A stretch of DNA of 64,000 nucleotides from Macrostomum lignano (lineage: Eukaryota), in contig NIVC01002839.1 in assembly GCA_002269645.1 (NCBI GenBank), forward strand, positions 1 to 64,000. Reading direction: 5' to 3'. The notes beneath the pieces were generated by a model. The model did no database searches. It saw only the letters and a list, made by a program, of their open reading frames with translations, and was not told where the DNA came from. This document shows positions 11,386 to 29,656 of the stretch, piece by piece (position 1 is the first letter of the stretch; every line of letters begins with the position of its first letter). The position numbers were made by a program, and so were the translations under genes.

Positions 11386-14300
11386 CTATGGCTGCGGCTG
11401 CTGATGCTGCTGATGATGCCTGCCTGCTGAGTCAGGGTGAGTTGGGACAATTATTGCCACCGTTGTGCAAACTATTAAAATTTGAAATCTCTCCCCATTA
11501 TGAGGGACCAGGATTATTTCTCATGAGGGATCAGGATTCTTCCCCATTTTGAGGGATCAGGCTTCTTCCCCATTTTGAGGGATCAGGATTCTTCCCCATT
11601 TTGAGGGATCAGGAGTCTTCCCCATTTTGAGGGATCAGGATTCTTCCCCATTTTGAGGGATCAGGATTCTTCCCCATTTTGAGGGATCAGGATTCTTCCC
11701 CATTTTGAGGGATCAGGCTTCTTCCCCATTATGAGGGATCAGGATTCTTCCCCATTACGAGGGATCAGGATTCTTCCCCATTATGAGGGATCAGGATTCT
11801 TCCCCATTATGAGGGATCAGGATTCTTCCCCATTATGAGGGATCAGGATTCTTCCCTGTTTTGAGGGATCAATATTCTTCCCCATTATGAGGGATCAGGA
11901 TTCTTCCCTGTTTTGAGGGATCAATATTCTTCCCCATTATGAGGGATCAGGATTCTTCCCCGTTTTGAGGGATCAGGATTCTTCCCCATTATGAGGGATC
12001 AGGATTCTTCCCCATTATGAGGGATCAGGCTTCTTCCCCATTACGAGGGATCAGGAGTCTTCCCTATTATGAGGGATCAGGATTCTTCCCCATTACGAGG
12101 GATCAGGATTATTCCCCATTATGAGGGATCAGAATTCTTCCCCATTACGAGGGATCAGGATTATTCCCGTATTACGAGGGATCAGGATTCTTCCCCATTA
12201 TGAGGGATCAGGATTCTTCCCCATTATGAGGGATCAGGATTCTTCCCCATTATGAGGGATCAGGATTCTTCCCCATTATGAGGGATCAGAATTCTTCCCC
12301 ATTACGAGGGATCAGGATTATTCCCGTATTACGAGGGATCAGGAGTCTTCCCTATTATGAGGGATCAGGAGTCTTCCCTATTATGAGGGATCAGGAGTCT
12401 TCCCTATTATGAGGGATCAGGATTCTTCCCTATTATGAGGGATCAGGAGTCTTCCCTATTATAAGGGATCAGGATTCTTCCCCATTATGAGGGATCAGGA
12501 TTCTTCCCCATTACGAGGGATCAGGATTCTTCCCCATTTTGAGGGATCAGGCTTCTTCCCCATTTTGAGGGATCAGGATTCTTCCCCATTTTGAGGGATC
12601 AGGATTCTTCCCCATTTTGAGGGATCAGGATTCTTCCCTATTTTGAGGGATCAGGATTCTTCCCCATTATGAGGGATCAGGATTCTTCCCATAATGAGGA
12701 ATCTAGAGTGCTTCTTAGAAAACGCACTCATCTTACCTGCGGCGGCACCTCCAGCTCGCGCCCTCGAGCCCGACTGCTGCTGTTTGCTGTGGTCAGCGCC
12801 AGCCGAGTTGCTGGTAGCTCCGCCGCCGCCAAACTTGAGCATGTTCCAATCGAACACGTAGTCATAGGTGAACCCCTCCCGGTGGAACAGGTTGCGGAAC
12901 AGCTGCCTCAAATAGCTATAATCAGGCTTGTCGTCAAACCTCAAGGAGCGGCAGAAGTTCAAATAGGTGACAAACTCAGCCGGGTAGCCCTGGCACAGAG
13001 ACTCGACTGGGGTCTGCATTTTCTTCTCGCTAATCCGTTCGTACTTTTGTCGCTTTGTGTTGGCGCGCAGGCCTTGCCAGGGCAGGGCGCCGCGAAGGAA
13101 GTACAGGAACACGTAGCCTAGGGCTTCCATGTCGTCTCGTCTGGCTTGCTCTGATCAAGTGAATATTATATTCTTTTTGTATTATTCATTTAGGCATTGA
13201 AAAAACATACGAGACCTACCGCTAAGGAACTTGTATTAGTTATCTGGATCATCTCTGAAGCTAGAGCCCCATCACAGTGCTCAGCATCCCCTCTGTAGCT
13301 GGCAGCATCCCCTCTGTAGCTGGCATCATCCCCTCTGGAGCTGGCATCACCCCTCTGTAGCTGGCTTCATCCCCTCTGTAGCTGGCATCATCCACTCTGT
13401 AGCTGGCATCATCCACTCTGTAGCTGGCATCATCCACTCTGTAGCTGGCATCATCCACTCTGTAGCTGGCATCATCCACTCTGTAGCTGGCATCACCCAC
13501 TCTGTAGCTGGCATCACCCACTCTGTAGCTGGCATCACCCACTCTGTAGCTGGCATCATCCACTCTGTAGCTGGCATCACCCCCTCTGTAGCTGGCATCA
13601 TCCACTCTGTAGCTGGCATCCAGCTGCCCTACTATCAGTAGTAGGCTGTAACACACGCACCAATTCCAAGGTGAGTGTTGACGCTGGCATATCGCGCCGT
13701 GCCAGTGAGGTTCTTGTTCTCCCTGTACGGAATATGCTGATGCGTTCTGGAGTCGCGGTACTTCTTAGCCAAGCCGAAGTCGATGATGTACACCAGGTTG
13801 CCCTTCTTGCCCAAGCCCATCAGAAAGTTGTCAGGCTTCACGTCTCTGTGAAGAAAAGTTGCACAGAGCTAAAAATTAATCCGAAATTTATTGAAAATTT
13901 CACCCAGTGAGATTGGGGCATTTACACCCGAAATCTCACCCCGAGATTGGGGCATTTACACCCGAAATCTCACCCCATGAGATTGGGGCATTTACACCCG
14001 AAATCTCACCCCATGAGATTGGGGCATTTACACCCGAAATTTCACCCCATAAGATTTGAAGAATAAAACCAAAATATCACACTTAAGATTAGATCAAAAA
14101 GCAATATAATCTCACCTATGAATGAAATTCTTGCTGTGAATGAACTCAACCCTATTGAGCAGCTGGTCAGCCAACAGTAGCACAGTCTTTAGCCGAAATT
14201 TACGACCGCAAAAATTGAACAAATCCTCCAAACTGGGGCCAAGCAGCTCCATCACCATGACATTGTAATCACCTTCTGTGCCGCACCATTTAATAGTTGG

Positions 14301-14495
14301 TATGCCAACCCCACCTTGCATCAGCTTGTAGATCTTGCTTTCAATATGCAGCTGAGGATGCTTAGTGCGCACGCACTCCAGCTTGATGGCGACCTCTTCA
14401 CCATTGGTAATGTCTGTGCCAAGGTAGATGTCGCCAAAAGAACCGCTGCCAATCTTTCTACCCAACCTGTACTTGTTGCCAACCCTTAGCTCCAT
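11386..14495 (-). CDS. CSNK1D: Casein kinase I delta/epsilon, about 354 aa
   Basis: Exons 14495-14116, 13845-13661, 13150-12737 and 11471-11386 (last exon less certain). [61 protein letters not shown] acceptor at 14516-14511 just upstream of the ATG. Delta versus epsilon cannot be resolved. Confidence 0.95.
11495..12692. repeat. 26-bp minisatellite (GAGGGATCAGGATTCTTCCCCATTAT) filling CK1 intron 3, about 46 units
   Basis: Period 26 (11525, 11551). Confidence 0.96.
13275..13622. repeat. 21-bp minisatellite (CTGTAGCTGGCATCATCCACT) in CK1 intron 2
   Basis: About 16 units; source of ORFs 13261 and 13347. Confidence 0.95.
13895..14052. repeat. About 36-bp repeat x4 (GAGATTGGGGCATTTACACCCGAAATCTCACCCCAT) in CK1 intron 1
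   Basis: Four direct copies visible. Confidence 0.9.
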
Positions 14496-15699
14496 GGTGA
14501 CCAAGTTGGTCTGAAATGTTTTTACAATGTACAAGACATCATTATATATGACATAATGACAACGAGTTAGAAATAAGATAGAAAAGATTTTACAGATATT
14601 AAAACTGCCTATGTTTGCTTATTGATACTACTAGTGGGCTCCTAGTACTCAACTGCCTAACTTAAGACAATTGACTAAATAAATAATAGAATATTCTGAT
14701 AGAAAATATATTATTATCAAGAATAAGGTTATTTTTAGCTAAACTAGTTATATAATCAAAGTTGAAATATTGATTTTTTAAAGAATATCAAGCAAGTTTT
14801 AGACAATACTTCAGATAAATTTATTTGAATATCTTGTTTAGTCTTGCTCAACATTGAAAAATATTAAGATCTTGATATTTATTTAGTCATCTTAAAAATG
14901 ATTTTGATACTTCAGAACTTAAAAAAATTATACTATTTTTAATTCTATAACTGATTATTTATATATTTGAAAAAATATTAAACATTTCTATGGATAAGCA
15001 AATCTTAAAAAATAAATTATTACTAGGCCTATTATTTAGTATCATCTATATAATTGCTACCTTTAAAGCCAATGATTCTATTTTTTACAAATTTAGGCAT
15101 CTTATTAATGATAAAAGTTTTATAAATACTATTGCATTATTATTAACTCATTGTACTTAATTACTTTATAGACTTCATTAAGAAGATAATAAGCCAAATA
15201 AAGTATTTCCTTGGATACGCCCCTGGGTGGTAGTGTTGCTATAATGCTATGCCTATAATGCTATATTGAAATTGGGGAATATTTATTCCCCCTATATATA
15301 TTATTTTTCTCATTCAAAAAATATTTAAAAAATAAACCCAATAAAAATCCCAGTGTCAAAGCACGATAAACTATAGATTAACTTCCGCTCCAATTAAAGT
15401 TATTACTAAATTTGCAATTTGCAATTGCTTCCACCATAAACATGTCATGGGCAAAGCACAAAGAAGATAGATCTGACAGGTGTGTTCATTCATCTTGTAG
15501 TATTATCTTGTAATTTAAAGTGCTTAGTGTTTCGAAGTTGAAATGCTGACAAAATGCAAATTTTCTACATATTTTAAAGTTAAAGAATTATTTATTATGC
15601 TGTTTTTGTACAATTCTATTAGCTTTGTCAACTTGCGTATATTATAGACATTACTTTTTTCTTCGACTTCTAGACTTTGTTTTTCTAGAAAAAATTTGC

Positions 15700-16200
15700 G
15701 AAAATACATTTTATACGAAATAAAAAAGAAGTTTATCTCTTTTATGCAAAAATTGCAAGGACTTCGAGTGTTAGAGTGAATATATATTTCTGGTCGGCAT
15801 TTATTTTTGGTAAAAAAATGAATAAATTCAGTCTAGCCTGCTATAATTGCAATTTTATGCTAATAACTTTTAAGTGATATTTTTCAGATAATTCGACATT
15901 CGACATTATTTTAATATCCAGAGCAGAGTCGCATACAGCTTTCATCGATCTATCGTCTATATCATATTTTTTTGAAGGACTGGGCCGATTCTGTAATTTG
16001 TAGTACCTGAAAGTTTGTCATCTAGAGTATTAAACATAGGATTAAGGAAACTCAATGGGTTTGCAACACATGTGCAGTCAAATGCAACAAAGGCGCATCA
16101 ATTTTAAAGACCAACACACTGGCAACATGGGCAACAAGGGAGTAAATTTATGTGCCAATCATTGACAATCGATCAAGTTCAAGTAATTGAAATAGTCTAT
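15700..16200. promoter_or_regulatory. Putative shared divergent promoter for CK1 and the OCRL-like gene
   Basis: CpG-retaining island between two CpG-depleted flanks, lying between head-to-head genes. Inference only. Confidence 0.25.
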
Positions 16201-16403
16201 ACAATTTTTTTCTTTCATAATAAAAGTTTCACTATTTGTATATACTTCAAGGACATATGAGTAATAAAATATTGCTTATAGACTATGACACTATAGGCAG
16301 TGGCAGATCTAGAATTTCATTTTGGGGGTGGGGCAGTCCAAGTTTAGGGTGCCAACATGAGGATAATGGGTGCCAATTTTTAAGTTAAGGGGTGCAAAAA
16401 ATG

Positions 16404-17116
16404 GGTATCTAGTCAATCCGGCAACAGACAATCTGGCGACAGTCAATCCAGTGACAGATGATCCGGCAACAAATATTAAATCAAGATATATCAGCATATA
16501 GTTAAGCTATTATTTTTAGCTCTTTATTATTACTTAGTAATACTTAAATAATTGAATAAAAATTACTTGAACTATAATTTTTGCAGTTTTATTTTTACAG
16601 CTATATATAGCTGTTGATTTTCAAAATGTTATTTTCAAAGAAAGGTTGTGTTTTGCTGGCTAATTTTTCTAGATCGTTTTAGCTAAATTTTAGATTAACT
16701 TCTTTCTGAATACAATTTTATCAGTTAAATCTGCTTGGAAATCAAATTTGTATGACTATGATCCAATATTATATTCTACACTATTTGCTTTTTCGCATGT
16801 TGATATAAATATAAAATTCGGCGGTAAAAAACAAGCTAAGCCTATTTTTTAGGCTTTCTTTGAAAATGACATTTTGAATATCAACAGCTATAACTTATAA
16901 GTACAGCAGTAATAACTGCAACAATTGTAGTTTAAGTAATTATTATTAAAGTATTTAAGTACAAGTACAAAGAGCTAAAAATAGTAGCTCAACTAATCCG
17001 TATATATGCTAATATATGTTGATTTAATATCTATCGCCGGATCGTCTGTCGCCAGATTGACTGTTGCCAGATTGTTTGTTGCCAGATCGTCTTGTCGCCG
17101 GATTGTCTGGAAGCCC
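16404..17116. mobile_element. MITE B with long TIRs and subterminal CAATCCGGCGACAG repeats (MULE/foldback-like), nested in A
   Basis: About 130-bp inverted arms (16404-16530 vs 16965-17116); flanking direct repeat AAAAATG; element D shows the empty site. Confidence 0.75.
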
Positions 17117-17224
17117 AAAAATGTATGTAAGGGGTGAAAAATCAAGCTTAAGGGCAAAACAAGGCATTTGGAGGCAAAAAATCAAGTTTAGGGAGTGCAA
17201 TTTTAGGTTTTTAGGGGGCACAAT

Positions 17225-17696
17225 CAGGGGTATAGCCAAAGGGGGGGGGGTCATGGGGGTCATGACCAATGGTAGATCTAGAATTTCATTTTGGGGAGGT
17301 CCAAGTTTGGGGCACCAACACAAGTATAAGAGGCACCAATTTTTAAGCTAGAAGGTGCCAAAATGCGTGTATGGGGGGAAAAGTCAAACTTAAGTGCATA
17401 TAAAGGCATTGAGGGGCAAAAAAATCAAGTTTAGGGGATGCAAACTCAGGTTTTGGGGGGCGCAATATGTTCTTTCAAGCTTTTGGGGAGGCCGCTGCAC
17501 CCTGCCCCCTCCTTTTTTGTACAAAAATTGTCCTAAATCCACCCCTGGTCATGACCCCCCCCAGCCTGCTGATCCAGGCCAAATTTTCAGCACCCCATCT
17601 CCCCCGTCATAGAGGCCTAGCACCCCCTGCCCCCAGTTGCTACTGTGAGCCTATGACTATGACCCCCCTCAGAAGGAAATCCTGGCTATGTCACTG
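17225..17696. mobile_element. hAT-type MITE C nested in A
   Basis: Left TIR CAGGGGTATAGCCA; right TIR reverse complement CAGTGACATAGCCA; exact 8-bp TSD GGCACAAT at 17217-17224 and 17697-17704. Confidence 0.87.
17267..17547. mobile_element. hAT-type MITE D (281 bp, same family as A) nested in C
   Basis: Left TIR CAATGGTAGATCTAG; right TIR reverse complement CAGGGGTGGATTTAG; exact 8-bp TSD GTCATGAC at 17259-17266 and 17548-17555; body colinear with A. Confidence 0.88.
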
Positions 17697-18713
17697 GGCA
17701 CAATATATTCTATCAAGCTATTTTTTTGGGCAGAGGGGAGGGGTGGCCATCCCTCTTGCCCTCCCCCTAAATCTGCCCCTAACTATAGGTCTAAATTTGG
17801 GTTATAACTTTCAATGACACCTTTTGCTTCCTAGCAAAAGTATTTATTTTGTATATTGGCTATAATAATACAACTAATATCAGTGTTCACTTATTTGGTC
17901 TAGGTCACTAGGACTAGATATAAATTATTTAGGGTATAATAGAGATTAGAAATATTAAAATTTAATTATGATATAATTTAGCCTTTTTGTATTTGCTATT
18001 GGTATATTGCTAGGTCTTTGTATGATTAAATGCTAGTGCCTAGACCTACAATATTCAAAAAAGAAATCTTGAAATTTGACACAAATAGGTTTTAAAAATG
18101 CATACACAATACCTAGTTGACTTGATAGATCTAGCTAGGTAAAGAAGGCTATTGGCCAAGGTAAGCTAGCAACAAAACCTACCCCTCCCTTAGTCAAAAA
18201 TAAAAAAACAGTTTAAATTAGTTAAAGCCTGATGAAGCCAAGAAATAGGCAAGATATGAAGAAGATAAAGTAAAGTAAATATAAATATAGACAAGAGAAA
18301 CAATAGCAAAAAGGAGAAGGAAAACATAAAAGAAGTTGCAACTGGACCACTATATCAAGCTTAGTTATATTTGTGCAGATTAAAAGTTCATGAACATGCA
18401 TGCATGAAATTATTTCAAGTATCAAATTATTAGCCCTAGTAATGCTATTTAAAAATCAGTTATTTAAGTAGAAAAAGACTTTAGCACATAGGCCAATATA
18501 TTATGTATTTAATAAATTTTATTGTTGTTTAATTTTAAGTTGTTTGATATTTTAAAAGTTGAACTTAATCTTGTGTACTATTGTAAATACTAAAACATTT
18601 TACTATTTAATTTTAACTTTTGTTAACAAAACTGATATCCATATATTTTTATGCCAAAACATAGAGACCATTCGAGTTAACAATACATCTCAACTCAGAA
18701 GCATTCCCAAGTC

Positions 18714-25098
<6,385 letters not shown>

Positions 25099-25264
25099 CG
25101 ATCGTTGTGGCCAAGTTTATAGCGGTGAGACAGATGCCTATAGTAGTAGTGTACTTGTATATTATCCCTATCTTTTATTTAGATTCCTAATTCCCAATCT
25201 ACTTTAGATTCTACTTGCTATAAATCTATGATTCTATTGAATCTATCATCGATTATACTTTTAG

Positions 25265-25965
25265 CAAAATCCCCGATCCTATTAGGGAAATCTCCGATCA
25301 AGGGGAATCCCTGATCCTATTAAGGAAACCCTGGTCCATATCCTTTTAGGATAATCCCTAATCCTATTAGAGGAATCCCCGATCCTTTTAGGGAAATCCC
25401 AATCCTATTAGGGAAAGTCCGATCCCATTAGGGAAATCCCCAATCTTATTAGGGAAACCCAGATCCTATTAGGGGAATCCCCGTTCCTATTAGGAAAAAC
25501 CTGATCCCATTATGGGAATCCCCGATCCTATTAAGAAAATCCTGATCCCTTTAGGGGAATCCCTGATCCTATTAGGAAAATCCTGATCCCATTAGGGGAA
25601 TCCCTGATCCTATTAGGGAAACCCTGATCCCATTAGGGGAATCCCCGATCCTATTAGGGAAAGTCCGATCCCATTAGGGAAATCCCCAATCTTATTAGGG
25701 AAACCCAGATCCTATTAGGGGAATCCCCGTTCCTATTAGGAAAAACCTGATCCCATTATAGGAATCCCCGATCCTATTAAGAAAATCCTGATCCCTTTAG
25801 GGGAATCCCTGATCCTATTAGGAAAATCCTGATCCCATTAGGGGAATCCCTGATCCTATTAGGGAAACCCTGATCCCATTAGGGGAATCCCTGATCCTAT
25901 TAGGGAAACCCTGATCCCATTAAGGGAATCCCCAATCATATTCAGGGAATCCCTGATTTTACTTT
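25265..25965. repeat. 20-21-bp minisatellite (GGGAATCCCTGATCCTATTA) 3' of OCRL
   Basis: Degenerate tandem units with block duplications. Confidence 0.9.
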
Positions 25966-27608
25966 AGGAATCTCCTAAGGTGCGTGAAAATCGAATAGTC
26001 TATGTGGTAATCCCCTTCCATGTAGGAACCCGCCTATTCCGCGTGATAATCCAATCCCTATACTAAAAATGGTTTTCCTATCTATAATAGTGCTCAATTT
26101 TACAACCTTTACAATTTCCAGCTTATGTCAGCGATGGTCTGCCCAAATAAATGTTCAAGCGCCGTTTATTGAAACCAGCTTAATGTATAACAAGTTTTAT
26201 TGATATTTACTGAACATAACACATTACTGAAACAGCATGTTCTCATTAGCGACATAATATTCTGGATTTTTTTAGTTATATTCCCAGGAAAAAAGGTATA
26301 GGTGACATTTATAACCTCTATATGCATATCTACCTACATGTGAACGCTAATAGAGACTAACAGCTTCAAAATGGACAGCTCTCTTGATACCTTTTACTTT
26401 CCTATATCATTTCTATCATTCTATGGTTGTCGTGTTTATTGGCAATGAGTTCAAACTATCGCTACTATTAGTAGGGCATTTCTTGTTTCAATCTTAGCAG
26501 AACTTATTTTTAGTTTATTGCGTGTTGAGTTATGAATATGTCTGTTTAGAGATTTCGGTTCAAAATTCAAGTCAATTCCTTTTAAAAGCCATGAAATGCC
26601 TTATTTGAGTATTTAAATTAATAATCATCAATCAATATTGCTTCAGGTGCGCAACATGCCTGCCGTACTTAAATTTCTGAAAATATTTTTGTACTTTCAA
26701 CAATAATATACACTATGCATGCAAAAAACTTGACATTTATTTTATAAAAAGAAAATACCTATTATTTTCAATGAGCAGTGCCATAACTGCAGTTATAAAA
26801 ATATTTGTGTTTTTATTGTATTCAATGTTTTGTCAACAGTAGAAGCAGCCGCTGTGAGAGATGTGACCCGGTGTTTTTGTGATGAAGTTGAATGGCTTTT
26901 ATCTTGATTTCGACTCCTTCAAATTGAAATTAAAATTGGACATCACCTGGGCTGCCTCCCTGCAAAAATAATGCCAGGAATTATGGACTGGCATTCCATT
27001 AGGATGTTGAGTTGACAAAATACATATGCGATGTTTAAAACGATTTAAAGCCAATTGTCCAGCTTCCATGGAGTATTTCGAGATTATCTGAGTGGACTGG
27101 ACTAAACTTAGCATAAGATGGGTAACTACGCGTTTCTGGGAAAACTTTAGGTGGTAGGTTTTGCCGAAGAATGCACTATTTCGTTTCATTTTTCAGCAGA
27201 ATTGTTATTGATTTTGATACGTCTTGCCTTTCTTAAAGCTCTATTGATATTCATAGTTAACAGTGATAAAATATAACCCTGAGTAGATGTCATCATGGGA
27301 ATTTTGACGATTTCTAGGCTTTTTCACTTTATCCCCCCTTAGATCATCAACTGCTAAAATCTATTTAAACATAATTAATTCCCTAACACCTAAAAGCAAC
27401 CACCCCATCAAAATACTTACAACTACTAGTCTGAGGGGATTTTGTTTTTTTGTGCCAAAACCCCCAGTAAAAAATCAACACCTAACACCTGACACCCATC
27501 ATCTGACACCCAACACCTGACACCCATCATCTGACAACCAACACCTAACACCCGACACCTAAATCCTAAACCCTAGAGCAATTTCTTTGCAGCTCTATCT
27601 GCTTTTCG

Positions 27609-27788
27609 TCATTGCATACCACAGATACTATATAACTGTATATAGCATGACTTTTCATACAGAAAAGTCATACACAGGTCATCGCAGATGTCGTTGTTAA
27701 GCTCTTGAAGTATAAAGTCTGAGCGATAAATTTTCTGTCCTTTTAAGTAATTTCTTAGTTCTTCGGGTGGAGCTGTTCCATAGTTATC
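27609..27788 (-). pseudogene. C-terminal fragment of a Polinton/adenovirus-type cysteine protease (adenain)
   Basis: Translates DNYGTAPPEELRNYLKGQKIYRSDFILQELNNDICDDLCMTFLYEKSCYIQLYSICGMQ*. Matches the D-S-Y-G..PP and Q-x6-C-G-x2-C-x2-FL pattern, with G changed to D after the Cys. Confidence 0.75.
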
Positions 27789-27789
27789 A

Positions 27790-28260
27790 GGTGTCAGGTG
27801 TCAGGTGTTGGTGTCAGATGCTGGGTGTCAGATGTTGGGTGTCAGATGATGGGTGTCAGATGTTGGGTGTCAGATGATGGGTGTCAGATGTTGGGTGTCA
27901 GATGATGGGTGTCAGGTGTTGGGTGTCAGATGATGGGTGTCAGGTGTTGGGTGTCAGATGATGGGTGTCAGGTGTTGGGTGTCAGATGTTGGGTGTCAGA
28001 TGATGGGTGTCAGGTGTTGGCTGTCAGATGTTGGGTGTCAGATGATGGGTGTCAGGTGTTGGGTGTCAGATGCTGGGTGTCAGATGCTGGGTGTCAGATG
28101 TTGGGTGTCATGTTGGGTGTCAGATGATGGGTGTCAGGTGTTGGGTGTCAGATGTTGGGTGTCAGATGATGGGTGTCAGGTGTTGGGTGTCAGATGATGA
28201 GTGTCAGGTGTTGGGTGTCAGATGATGGGTGTCAGGCGTTAGGTGTCAGGCGTTGGGTGT
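27790..28260. repeat. 14-bp minisatellite (TGGGTGTCAGATGA) in the right Polinton arm; short inverted copy at 27478-27560
   Basis: Direct observation. Confidence 0.93.
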
Positions 28261-28904
28261 CATCGCTTAAAATCCGCTTAGATTAGTAGTTGTAAGCATT
28301 GCGATGGGGTGGTTGGTTTTAGGTGTTAGGACATTATGTTTAAATAGATTTTAGTAGTTGATGATCTAAGGGGGATACTCGTAAATTGAAAAAGCATAGA
28401 AATCGCCAAAAGTCCCATGATGACATCTACTACCCTGGACTGCTACTCGTCAGCACATTGCGAATGTATATACTAATTTTAGTTCTTGAGGAGACCTACA
28501 TGTACTGATCCCAATTAGATTGCCAGGCCTTTAGCCAACTATAAACAGTACAGGTATAATCCAAAACAAATAAAATCAACCTCATTATTTAATAAAGTAT
28601 AAAAGTATAAGTTACACTTTCAATATAGTGAAACTTTATTTTCAAAGCTTCGGTTTTGTTGATAAACAATATTGATACATAAGTTTATTATTATAATTAT
28701 AAAACCATGTGTTTAACTACTTTAAATAAGTTGGTTGAAGATAAATGTAGTTCGCAAAAATACAATTAAATCAATAAAGAACGATTGAAAAAATACAGTC
28801 CACAGTTTAGCAGTTACAAAAGTACAAGTACAAAAATGCCGTTAAAAATACATCAATTGTGAGTTACATAAAGATGAAAAGCAATGAGAAATAGACGCGG
28901 AACT

Positions 28905-29620
28905 AATCATGTAGACTCGGAACTCACGAGATTGAGAAGTAGACTCAGAACTCGTGAGATTGAGAAGTAGACTCGGAACTCGTGAGATTGAGAAGTAGAC
29001 TCACGAGATTGAAAAGTAGACTCTGAACTCATTAAATTGAGAAGTAGACTCGGAACTCATAAAATTGAGAAGTAGACTCGGAACTCATTAAATTGAGAAG
29101 TAGACTCGGAACTCATAAAATTGAGAAGTAGACTCGGAACTCATGACATTGAGAAGTAGACTCGGAACTCATGACATTGAGAAGTAGACTCGGAACTCAT
29201 GACATTGAAAAGTAGACTCGGAACTCATGAGATTGAGAAGTAGACTCGGAACTCATGAGGTTGAGAAGTAGACTCGTAAGATTGAGAAGTAGACTCGGAA
29301 CCCATGAGGTTGAGAAGTAGACTCGTAAGATTGAGAAGTAGACTCGGAACTCATAAAATTGAGAAGTAGACTCGGAACTCATTAAATTGAGAAGTAGACT
29401 CGGAACTCATGAGATTGAGAAGTAGACTCGGAACTCATGACATTGAGAAGTAGACTCGGAACTCATGACATTGAAAAGTAGACTCGGAACTCATGACATT
29501 GAGAAGTAGACTTGTGAAATTGAGAAGTAGACTCATGAGATTGAGAAGTAGACTCATGAGATTGAGAAGTAGACTCATGAGATTGAGAAGTAGACTCATG
29601 AGATTGAGAAGTAGACTCGG
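28905..29620. repeat. 28-bp minisatellite (GAGATTGAGAAGTAGACTCGGAACTCAT) with 20-bp variants, just 3' of the LIG1 stop
   Basis: Direct observation. Confidence 0.94.
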
Positions 29621-29656
29621 AGCTAATCTGATGCAGGGTGGAGTCTCCAACAGAGC

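Larger units (their letters stand above)
16298..17781. mobile_element. hAT-type MITE A (about 283 bp when its inserts are removed), host of nested elements
   Basis: Left TIR CAGTGGCAGATCTAG; right TIR reverse complement TAGGGGCAGATTTAG; exact 8-bp TSD ACTATAGG at 16290-16297 and 17782-17789. Confidence 0.88.
27282..28431 (-). mobile_element. Non-autonomous miniature Polinton/Maverick derivative (1150 bp)
   Basis: TIRs begin AGTAGATGTCATCATGGGA at both ends and align for about 155 bp. Exact 6-bp TSD ACCCTG at 27276-27281 and 28432-28437. Internal adenain-like protease fragment. Confidence 0.85.

Noticed and set aside
13130-13150. CK1 EQARRDD instead of the usual EQSRRDD
   Set aside because: A single conservative change with all catalytic motifs intact; not enough to claim altered function.
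26899-27189. 96-aa minus-strand ORF as an integrase or transposase fragment
   Set aside because: Only a vague HPNG resemblance; no catalytic motif or splice support.
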